A stretch of DNA of 64,000 nt. Source: Zygnema circumcarinatum SAG 698-1b (lineage: Eukaryota; Plantae; Zygnematophyceae). The translations under genes were made by a program, and so were the position numbers. Below are positions 16,260 to 26,629 of this stretch, one piece after another. Every line of letters starts with the position of its first letter. The first letter of the stretch is position 1. Under the pieces are notes generated by a model. The model ran no database searches, was not told the DNA's origin, and saw nothing but the letters and a program-made list of their open reading frames with translations. The stretch is taken from positions 147,492-211,491 of the forward strand of contig CM074822.1 in the NCBI GenBank assembly GCA_037447605.1, read 5' to 3'.

Positions 16260-19200
16260 CGTCGAATAACTCTGCAAAGACTTTGTAAGGACCCATCACA
16301 CATGCGTGCTGATTTCTCGTCCTATCTCTCCAATTGACAAAGCATTGAAAACGCGCTGCGTTTGTGAAGAATGATGAGTTGGGTTTTGGCTATGAGTCAC
16401 TCACCTTCCTTGTAAAGGAAGTGGAGCGGGGTCCAAGGGTCTCTGTTCGACTGCCCGGACAGCAGGCTGACATGTGCTGACATCATCCCCCTCGTCCTCA
16501 TTCACCCAGATGACTTGTGTCACTGCGTCACCATTACCCACAAGATATTCAATTCCGATGAATGGATCGCTTTACCTCTCAATCAAGAAGCCAATCAGCA
16601 AAGTGGAGAGCATAGGATCACTCTGTGTTGGACTGACAAATTAAACCACCTAAAAGATTTCCGCAACTGACCTTCCTTCCCTCGCGCATCCATCGTTGTC
16701 ACGATTTTTCTCCGCTTGCGATTACCACCCTCTTTTGCAGTACCACCAAAACCAGTCGAAGGATCAACATTTGCAGCATTGACAACGCAATTGTTGCCAT
16801 CCGCCACCCCCCTCTCCCCTCCTCCCTCCATCTTCGACCTGCTCGTTTCCAAGTCTCCTTCCACCTGCATTTCGAGGTTTTGCTCACTACCCCTTCCCCC
16901 ATCCCTCCGTTGCTGCTCTTCTTGCCCTGCTGCTGTCCTCAGAGTCACTTCACTCCCTCCACTCCTCCTCGCCTCTCCATCTTCCTCATCATGTGACTCC
17001 CTCACTCCACTTCTCTTCTTGTTCTCAGTGTTGTTGTGAATCACCGCCGGAACCCTCTCTTCTTCTCTCTTCCTCTCTCCTCTCTCTCCTACTGTGGGAG
17101 CCGCTGAACCCCCCCCAGTCCTTCTCTCTTCATCCAGCTTCGCATCCTTAGGACTCACAGCCCCATTCACCCTCCCCTCATCCTCTGTTGCCAACAACTT
17201 CTCACCCATTTCACTCTTCTGCCGCTTTGCAGCCCTTTTCAACTCTCCCTCTCCCTCTCCCTCTCCCTCTCCCTCTCCCTCACCACCAGGACCCCCTCGT
17301 TCACTGTCCTCCCTCTTCTCCTCAAGGACCTCATCATCCTCATCATCCACCATCCTTCTCCTCCGTGAAGCAGCAGATGGACCTTTGCTGATGTATCCGG
17401 TTCGCAATCGTGAAAACTCCGCTGCTTCATTATCGCTGTCATCTGCATCAGATGAGATTTCCTCCATTGCACGAATCTCAGCGTCGGCAGTCCCTTCAGG
17501 CCCCAAAACAGATGATTACGTCAGTCCAGGAAAATTTAGGAGAGTTCAGGGAAGTTTAGGAGAGTTTTGGAGAGTTTAGGAGAGTTTAGGAGGGTTAAGG
17601 AGGGTTAAGGAGAGTTTAGAAGAGTTTAGGAGAGTTTAGGGGGTTTCTTTCAGTTTCTTGGAGTTTTCTGGGGGTTTAGAGTGGGTTGCCTAGGGGGTTT
17701 CTGGGGGTTATCTGTGGGTTTTCTGTGGGTTTTCAATGAGTTTTGTGTGGGTTTCGGTGGATTTTCAATTGGTTTTCTGTGGGTTTTCTAAGGGTTATGT
17801 GGGGGTTGTCAGTGGGTTTTCTGTGGGTTTTCTGGGGGGTTTCTGTGGGTATTTTGTGGGTTTGTGGGGGTTCCCTGGGAGTTTTCTGTGGGTTTTCAAT
17901 GGGTTTTCTGTGGGTTTTCTAAGGGTTATGTGGGGGTTGTCAGTGGGTTTTCTGTGGGTTTTCTGGGGGGTTTCTGTGGGTATTTTGTGGGTTTGTGGGG
18001 GTTCCCTGGGAGTTTTCTGTGGGTTTTCAATGGGTTTTCTGTGGGTTTTGTGGGGGTTTTCTGGGGGTTTTAAATGGGTTTTCTGAGGGTTTGTCTGTGG
18101 GTTTTGTGGGGGTTTTCTGTGGGTTTTCAATGGGTCTTCTGAGTTCAATGAGTTTGGAGCGTTTTGGAGAGTTTTGGAGGGTTTTGGAGAGTTTTGGAGA
18201 GTTTTGGAGAGTTTTGGAGTGTTGGAGAGTTTTAGAGAGTTTAGGAGAGTTTAGGAGAGGTTAGGAGAGTTTCGGAGAGATGGTAGTCAGTCATGAAAAA
18301 GAAAAAATCTTTACACGACAGGTTACAGTCCACTTTCTACTGCTGAGCCAATTCTTACCTGCCACAGAAAGACTGACAGCTTTTGTTGGGACCTCCACCG
18401 TTGCAGGAGCAGGTGGAGGTCTTTTGGTTGCAGCTTTCTTCCACATACTCGAAAGCGAGCTTCCGAAACCACTTGCAGCAGAATGTGCTCCAACTGAAGT
18501 CTTTTTCAGACCGGCATTGTTGCCATATTGTGCACTTCTGGGTAATCCCACACTGCTTACATTACCTTTTCCCTGGGCAGATTTGGGCGGCTCGTCTCTG
18601 TCTTCATTTCTTGATGTAACGGCTTCAAGGAGAGCCTCTTTCTTTCCTCCACTATCTCCCTTCGTCTGTTCCTCTACTGCCTGTTCTTCCCTCTCTTCTC
18701 TCGTCTTCGCATCTATGGCTGCTGTTCTCCTTCTGTTAGTCTCTCCTCCACCTTTAGAAATTTCATCCGGCTTTGAGGTTTTCGAAATTGATGGTTTTGT
18801 AGGCTCCTTGATCTGTTCAGATGTGGGTACTGCTTGGGGAGGTGTTGTCTGCCGGTTTTGACCATATGGATTCCGTTTCACGTCAGAACAATGAACAGCA
18901 CTGAATCTGTTCAACGAGGTGAAAGGAATATTATCATTGGGTGAATTTTTACTCGAACTGTTCATTCATAGCTATGCCATTGACCGTGAAGGCGATACAT
19001 TGCAACCAACGCTTCCTAGAGTTGGCAATTTTGCCCCCAAGAAACCCCCAAAGAAGCTCCTTTTCTGGCAAAAAGGTGCAAAGAAATCCTCTGCTTACCT
19101 ATTATCTCTCAAGCAATTGTCTTTTTCCGGCGGTTCGTTAAAGAGCTCCTCTGATTGGATAAACTCCGTACTCCAAATCTGAGCTGCATCCTTTGGGAGA

Positions 19201-20220
19201 CTTCGCTGTACACTGTACACATGAGTTGTGACACTGCTCTCTAGACCAGCCTTCAGCTCTGCAAGAACACACAAAAGGAACAAGTGCAAATTCACAAGCA
19301 CGAGAAAAAATTTGTTCAGACTAATAACTCCCCTTAAACAAGTCGCCTTACATAAGCTTTACAATATCGCTCCTCACCCAACGGAGTCTCCTCCCAACTC
19401 ATAAGCTGTGTGAGTTCTCATTTTGCCACAATCTTCACTAAAGGATTGTTGATTAATTTCTCCATTTTCTGTTGAAGTAGATAGTTTTCCGTTAACAGGT
19501 TGCTCTGTCCTTATGAACATCTCAGTTACATTGAAGGTAACTCTTCTCACCATCCAGCTTTGCTGAGTTCGTCAGCTGACAAGAGAAGCTGCGAGGCTCT
19601 CCCTTAGTCCACCCGGACACCACATAGGCCGCTTCCACCTTGTCTTTATTTTCCTTAGCGTATGCTTCGAGCACTCTGCACATGGTATTAGCAATGGACA
19701 CCTTTCCCTTGAATTATAACCTCGTTCTTCCCATTTCCGCCTCTCTCTCCCTCTTCAGAAATTATCAAGAGCACTCCCAAAGTATATATGACAAACCAAG
19801 TAAGGGCGGCGGCTACAGGGTACTATCGACCATTTCAAAAGCGGTTCATCAAAGGCAGAAAAGGTGATCCCAGAGGACCCACTTTTTGGCTTCATCGGAT
19901 GAAATTGAAAAGGCTCGACTGACGAACTTGAAAGACACCTGGCGAGGAGGAACAGCAAAACCAGAAAAACGCTTCAGATATTTGAGCATACGCTGCATTT
20001 TTTGCTCCAGTAAGTTTCTGTAAGAGAATGCATTACATGCTCGGGCCTTGGAGAGCCAGCACACTAAATGGAATGCGATAAGCAGAGCAGCACCAACAAA
20101 CCCTAAGTGCAATACTATGTGATACAGAGAGCTCGGGCCGCCATAGCTCACCGCCTTGAGCTCGTCCTGCACCAGCTCGTCCACGTGCCGCAGCAGGAGG
20201 CCATGGCCGCCCACACTCAT
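15998..20220 (-). CDS. POLD3: DNA polymerase delta subunit 3 (p66/Cdc27), multi-exon
   Basis: Minus-strand exons read VDELVQDELKA|VSFKFVSRAFSISSDEAKK, VEAAYVVSGW, HVYSVQRSLPKDAAQIWSTEFIQSEELF..DNCLRDNR|FSAVHCSDVKRN, a long low-complexity linker, RKRRKIVTTMDARGKE|VTQVIW, and a C-terminal PCNA PIP box QGSLRSFF (16013-16036) before the stop. Confidence 0.88.
17520..18275. repeat. Degenerate telomere-like / G+T-rich intronic repeat with an internal 131-bp tandem duplication
   Basis: (TTTAGGAGAG)n and (TTTTGGAGAG)n flank a GGGTTTTCTGT-rich core. CTAAGGGTTATG at 17788 and 17919 gives period 131. Confidence 0.85.
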
Positions 20221-20710
20221 CTTCCCCCTCACAGCGCCACGTGGCACTCGTGGAGAGCTTCCCCCTTGCCCCCCTCTCGGAGGGGTGACAGCACAGGTCG
20301 GGTCATCGCCAACCATTGGACGGCCAACCATTGCAATGGTTGGCTAGCAACCATTGGTATCATTAGCAACCATGTCCAGCTGGACCAATTACAGCCTATG
20401 TCATGAAATATGCACACGTGGCAATCCTGATTGGCTCTTGTGGGTCAGTGCACAGCCCAGCACCGTGGTTTCTTTGAGCTGCGCTTTGAAACCCTAATCT
20501 GCAGGCCTTCAAAAACATACGGCGGATGGTGTTTGCTTGAGAGAGCAAGCGGGATTCTAAGGCAGGGTGATCCTTCGCCTTCTTCAGCCAATTTGATGTG
20601 AAACTGCTGTACATTTTTTGCGGTAAAGAAGGGAAACCTTCTCTCTTTAGAGTGCAAGCAGCCATGACTTATTGAGAATTGCCTGCGCATTCTTCCATCG
20701 TTCACTGCGG
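20221..20710. promoter_or_regulatory. Putative bidirectional promoter, POLD3 / MED10
   Basis: Head-to-head start codons with 490 bp between them. Contains repeated CAACCAT and the 22-bp palindrome GCCAACCATTGCAATGGTTGGC (20323-20344). Confidence 0.5.
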
Positions 20711-22563
20711 ATGGACGATCTCATCAGTTCGATCGAGCGGGCTCTGAGCGAAATTCATCAATTGGAGAGGACGGTGGGCCATTACAAGGGCGCTTCGCAG
20801 GTTCTCTTGTACGACCGCATGTGAGTTGTTCACTTTCTCCTTTCCTTTTCCTTCGTAGTGATTATCTCCAGTTTTTACGTCTTAACATATTATTCTTTTA
20901 GTGACTATAGGATGCAGCATATCGCCCCTCGCTTCTGAAACCGGTTGTCCAATTCGTTCTTTGAATTTCAAGTTCTTGAGTGGACATTCTTGCCGTGGGG
21001 CATGAACGGTTTGAAGGGAACGTGAACTCTAAACAACGCTTTAACCTATGAGCATGCCATTCGGAATTTAATTGTTCAAGATTGTGACTGTCGTTGACAT
21101 GTTTACATGAAGCCGTCCTTGAAGGATTTCAAGTGATGTGTGCTTGTGGTGTCAGAAATGATCTTGTAGCCGAACTCGCCAACATCCAAGCATCAGCAGA
21201 CTCGTGTCAAGCGAACATTCCGCTGGAGGTTATTAGGTGCGCTTCTGCTTCTGTTTTAATGGAGCTGTAAGCGAAAATATTTGTCTATGGCCCTTTCCCT
21301 TTGGAGAATATTCTTCAATATAGTCCAGTAGTCGGACTCCGGAGTTATCAAATCTGAATGGACTAAGTGTTCTATCGGGGAACATTTTTTTTTTTTATTT
21401 AGGTTTGTGGACGACGGTCGAAACCCTGACGCATTTACTCGCGATTTTCTGATGGGATGTCGTGCACAGAATGAAGCGACAAAAGGAAAAGTGGATGCTT
21501 TCAAGGTAGGCACGAATAATAGCGCATAATAATGCAATATTATTAAGTAATATTTCTCATTTTACCGCTACAACCATGCTAGAGGCTCTGTCCGTCAGCC
21601 TAATCTTCTGTCTTGTGCTCTCTATCAAACTGATGCTGTCCTGAAGTATTGTCGGGGTGATGGAAACACTTAAAGACAGAAAAAGACTTTTATTATCTTG
21701 TAAGTAGGGTGAGACATTCTCTCCAAACAATAGGATTCCATCCCACGAGATTGTACCCCTCCTGCATTCAGGACACAATTTGTAGCAATTTGTAGAGGGC
21801 AGGGCAGAGAGAGGGAACTCTTCTCTGGCTGCGCGTTGCACAATGCAAAATAATTTACTAATAATTAATAATAGCTAATATTTAATAATTTACTTGATGG
21901 CATGTTCCTTGTTACTTGCAGTCGCTGCGTCGAAAGTTAGCTGAAGAAGTGGACGCAGCGTTCCCTGAAGAGATGGAAATTTTTCGAGAACTTCGCACAA
22001 CATCCATGGAGGTTTTTCGTCTCCCATAGCCCTTCAAAATATTAACTGAAAGCATGAGAAATTTCGAAGTGTAGCTATTTCAGCTGCTGTTGCACTCAGA
22101 GTCTCCTCCTCGCCCGCTTCCTGCATCCTTTTTTCCATGTGCCATTTCATTAGTTTCAGTCTTTGAAGCATGCGAGTTCGCAATCAACTTAAGGAGTGCT
22201 GCTATCTGCCATTATACTCGGGATCACCCTGCTGTGTGCTATGTTCTAATGGCTTGAATTGTCAATAGAGGGAGAGAGGGAGAGGGGGGAGGAAGGGAGA
22301 GAGAGGGAGAAAGGGAGCGGGAGTGTGAGAGAGGGAGAGAGTGCTTGGAACTCTCCTGCCGTTCACGTGTTATCTGCAGAGTATGCTTGAGGAATTATAA
22401 TAGTAACTCATTCCAGAAGTCGGTCTTGTTGTTGCTGTGTCAGATGACAAATGCAGCTCAAGGACCCCCTTCAAATGCACATGCAAATGGCTCATCAGAG
22501 AGAGAGCTAAAGCCGGTGAAGGAGGAGTCGCAAGATGAAGGTGCCGATGTGGATATGTCATGA
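20711..22563 (+). CDS. MED10: Mediator subunit 10 (NUT2), 5 exons
   Basis: Exons read MDDLISSIERALSEIHQLERTV.., NDLVAELANIQ..IPLEVIR|FVDDGRNPDAFTRDFL..QNEATKGKVDAFK|SLRRKLAEEVDAAFPEE. The DDGRNPD..T..NxxxKGK pattern is the MED10 signature. Start is inferred. Confidence 0.9.
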
Positions 22564-23509
22564 CCTGACCTCCCTCCTCTCTGCATAAGCAGGCAGGGAG
22601 ACATACCCTTATCCTGCACAAAAGTAATAATACTCCAAAACAGAGGGAAGGAGCCCTCTACTTCGGATAGGGTTTTTAGGGTGACCCCTCGTTTACTGCG
22701 GTCAATGATCTGAAAGCTGTATCCGCAGGAGTGGAACTACTGCAGAGATTTTGGGGTAGTTTTTCTCTTTTTAGGGAGTTTTGTTTAGGGAGTCCAGTTC
22801 GTTTATTTTCAGGCCCGGGGGTGGTCCGCATGTACATATCAGGTTTTGCTAGTCAGCATGAGATGATCTCTGCTCAGTGGCATTGTTGTTGGTGACGGAG
22901 GGGGAGGCAGGCAACAAAAGACCATATTTCATTAAGAAGGGAGTTGTGGTTAAGGACGAGAATTACTCGTCTGGATGTGTTCACAAAGGCCATCTTTGGT
23001 GATGTGAAACTTTATGAACGTTGAAAAAGCACATTGAAAGCAGCAGAACACCTTCACATGTCCTCGTCATCTCTTGAACCGGGAGGTTGATTACAGGCTG
23101 CTCAGCTAATTTGAAATTGAACTTTGCGTTGCCTCCTTCGACAAAGTAAATCAGGGGCTGTTTGCATCGTATCATATTGTGAAGCATGCATGAAAAAGGA
23201 ATGAATTCGCACAAGGTTTGAAGCCTTCAAACAGTTATATCCCGTTAAATCACGTCCGATAAAGAATGAATCGCGTTAAAGTCATGCGCGGGCTATTGTG
23301 GAGTTGCCGGAACAGGGGAACCCTAAATTGTGTTAATGTGCTCATATTGAAAAAGTGTCCAGTCAGTCCCTTTCAGCTAACTTTAACGAGGTGCTCTTTC
23401 TTGACATTCCTGCCGCCATAGCTCGAGCATTTCCCTTTCCCATCCGTCACGGCTCCCCTCCTCCCGCCTCCCTCCCTTGCCATGTCGCTGCCTTAAGACC
23501 TTTCGCGCG

Positions 23510-23557
23510 TTAGAGTTAGGGTTAGGATCAGGATTAGGGTTAGGGTTAGGGTTAGGT
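23510..23557 (+). repeat. Eight TTAGGG-type hexamers (4 perfect) ending 14 nt before an ATG
   Basis: ttagag ttaggg ttagga tcagga ttaggg ttaggg ttaggg ttaggt. Confidence 0.85.
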
Positions 23558-23571
23558 TCCGGCACTCTACA

Positions 23572-23850
23572 ATGTCCGGCCTGCGGGTATTTGCAGGCGT
23601 GGTTCTCGGGAACCTGCTGTTCTACAACGCCTCCGTTACGAGCTTTGTTGCGGGCACAGTGGCGGGCATCTACGTCGGGCAGAAGTATGATCTGCCGAAC
23701 GTGGCGAATGCGTTTGAAGAGTATGCTCTTCTTCCCATGGAAACCTTGCATGGATTCATCTCTCGGACTGCAATTTCAAAGAACTTGTCCATGCACTCTC
23801 TCAAGATTTTGTTCTCAATCATTTTATTATTGGATGTGGCGGCAGCTTGA
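23572..23850 (+). CDS. Small membrane protein, STMP1/DUF4535-like (92 aa, apparently intronless)
   Basis: SFVAGTVAGIYVGQKYDLPNV resembles the STMP1 family motif (GxxxG(I/M)Y(L/I)AQNYxxPN). GC-rich coding-like 5' half. The C-terminal half is not confirmed. Confidence 0.55.
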   Translation: MSGLRVFAGVVLGNLLFYNASVTSFVAGTVAGIYVGQKYDLPNVANAFEEYALLPMETLHGFISRTAISKNLSMHSLKILFSIILLLDVAAA

Positions 23851-24309
23851 AGGGTGGAGAGCATTGGAGTGGCTTGATTTTTGCAGCAAGAGCTGCATAA
23901 ACGTTTAGGGGAAAGAGGGGATTAAGCAATTTATGAGCTGAAACACTTTCTTTGTGCAGGGCACTGGAGACAGTCCAAGCCCTTGACAAAAAGTATCGCA
24001 GGCAGCAGAAGGACGATGACAGCTCGTGATATTCGTTTTCATTACCGTCCACCATTGATTTTTTTGTAAGTAAATACTTGCAGTTCAGCAAGAGTCTGAA
24101 AAGGCTTTCTTAAAGCTGAAAGATTCGATTTGTGGGAAACTCTCAATAGGCTTACGTTGCAGTTGGGGCCTCAGCAGATTTTGGTCTTCTCAACCATAGC
24201 TGTGTGCAAATAGACATGAAGCCTTGCCTTAATTTTCTTTGCATCTTGCACATTCATCATGCGAGTCCAATAAATAGAAATTCTGGATTGCCACTGAACC
24301 AATGAAGGC

Positions 24310-24420
24310 CTTCCTAGGTCTTTTGTGAGTGCTTGGTTCCTCGTGGTTCCTTCTCCATATTGTTGTTGGCCATGCACCCACCTTTCATGACATCGTCATC
24401 GTGAGAGCAAGGCCAATTCC
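24310..24420 (-). repeat. Dispersed ~120-bp repeat, diverged copy D
   Basis: Reverse complement reads GGAATTGGCCTTGCTCTCACGATGACGATG..CATGGCCAAC..GGAACCACGAGGAAC..CAAAAGACCTAGG. Confidence 0.6.
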
Positions 24421-25299
24421 TTTTCCCCTTAACATAAAGAAGGCATGAACAGCAACCACCTGGATGCCCCATCACCGACCTTCATTACAGTCTTGCAATG
24501 ACATTGTATGGACTGACATGCATGAACAACTTGCACTGGTTTTGGATGTGTAACAACTGCCAACAGCCTTCCTTCAACAATGGCAGCACATGGGGGGAAA
24601 GAGCCTGACTGCAGACTGCAAACTAGTTTGCACCATAATCGAGAAACTCATCCAACACTTTCCTCCCATTTCTCAACAGAGAACCAAAAAAATCTCAATT
24701 GCAGTTTCAGATTTTTCTTGCCAACTCCCTCGAGCCCAATGGTTGTACCAATGTGCGAGGTACGCCGTTGAGTAACCGACACGATACGATACGTCACGAT
24801 ATGATATTGGATATCGGATCACAAAATAGTTCCGATACGATATGGCATCGTTTCGACGAGGCAAAAAACCGCGTTTGCCAGTTTACAACTTGCAAAACGT
24901 CTTTGGACGTCATGTGACGTCATGTCAAGTCATCACCGACAGCGACATCGGGTTCGTGACAGTTCGTACGGCCCCCATCATCGAGGACCGCAAACCCCGC
25001 ATTTGCCGCCACGTGGAAAAACGACAAACTTTTCAACTACGTCTGTTTGGCTGGTAGCAATTCACCGACATTATGGTCCGTACGGCAGTCGGCACGCTGC
25101 TCCCATTGGACCATTCCTGCGTGGTCGCAGTGTGATTCGCCGTGTCATGCTACGTGGCACCCTATGATTAGCCGTGTTTACCCGTTACGCTAGAGTGATC
25201 CACGTGGAATCCTCGGATTCGTGTACAATCTGCCACTCTGCGCCTATTGGACACCGCAGTCTGCCGCCCACGACACGCGCTACACGACAACGTTGACGG

Positions 25300-26609
25300 C
25301 CCACTCTCGTGCCTCCCTCTCCGTCGCCCTCCCCCCTCACCACTCTCACTCTCTCCCTACCACTTCTCCCTCCCTCTCCCTCTCCCTCTCCCTCTCCCTC
25401 TCCCTCNNNNNNNNNNTCTCCCTCTCCCTCTCCCTCTCCCTCTCCCTCTCCCTCTCCCTCTCCCTCTCTCTCTCTCCCTCTCTCTCTCCCTCTCTCCCTC
25501 TCCCTCTCCCTCTCTCTCTCCCTCCCCCTCACTCTCGCGTACACATACACCCTCAATATCGCTTCTAAATTTCTCATTGAAATCCGAACATCGTGCGGCA
25601 CTTGAGATCGCTCACTCCCAAACTGAAAATGTGAGTCTCGTGAATGCCTTCAAAGCAAATCATAGCAAAAAACTTTAAGAAGTTTAAAGAACTAATATGG
25701 AGGAGAGATTCAAGTTATAGGTCAGGAGACGACCCAAAATGATGCACCTCTCATTCAAATAAGGGGGACTAAAAAATTAAGAGAGACCCAATATGAATTA
25801 ATAGAGACATTTCACATTCATGGATTCACACTCTCTCTCACACCTCTCTCCTGCTTCTCTCCCTCTCTCCTCCCTCTCCCTCAAACCGCTCGCCCGCGCC
25901 TCCTTCGTCCCGAAATGCAATCTCCTCCTTCCCCCATTCCACCCCGTAAACGGAATTTACACATTACGAAAAATTCTCCTGAAGAATAATTTGAATTTCA
26001 TTTCATCCATTTTCTTTACATAGTTTGACTCGCTCACTTTGTCTCCGCCTTGTTCCTCCCTTTCCCTCTCTTCTCCCCTCCTTTGCTCTCTATCTTTCTC
26101 ACTCTATAATGACCACTCTCTACTTTATATCCCTCTCCCTTCTCTTCTACGCCTCCCTCCTTCATCCTCCCCCGATTCCTCTCGAATCCGTCGTCCCTCC
26201 GCCTCCCTTCCCTCCTTCCTTCTCCCACCCCTACCCTCCCTTCCCCTACCCCTCCTCCGTCCCTTCCTCACTCATTCCCTCTTCTCTTCCTCCCTCATTC
26301 CTCCCTCCCCTCCCCTCCCCTCTCCCTCCCTCACTCCCTCCCTCCTTCCCCCACCCTCCCCCTACCCTCCCTCCCTCCCTTCTTTCCCCCTTCTCCTCCT
26401 CCCCTTCTTCCCCTTCCCCCCTCTCCCTCCCTCCCTCCCTTCCCTCCCCCCTCTCCCTCCCTCCCTCCCTTCCCTCCACTCTCTCCCTTCCTCCCTCCCT
26501 CTCCCTCCCTCCTCCCTCCCTCCCTCCCTTCCCTCCCCTCCCTCCTCCCTCCTCCCTCCCTCCTCCCTCCCTCCCTCCTCCCTCCCTCCCTCCCTCCCTC
26601 CCTCCCTCT
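25300..26609. repeat. Pyrimidine-rich low-complexity tracts (CTCTCC, CCCT) with a scaffold gap at 25407-25416
   Basis: Tracts at ~25300-25530 and ~26030-26609. The second ends at a CAG acceptor (26611-26613) upstream of the ATG at 26630. Confidence 0.85.
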
Positions 26610-26629
26610 GCAGGTCCTCCACGTGCACT

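Noticed and set aside
17736-18264. Hydrophobic GF/V-rich ORFs that look like membrane proteins
   Set aside because: They are translations of the G+T-rich intronic repeat, antisense to POLD3.
24760-25200. CGATA/GACGTCA-rich segment resembling hAT subterminal repeats (similar texture at 54040-54240)
   Set aside because: No convincing TIR pair or TSD could be found, so it was not called as an element.
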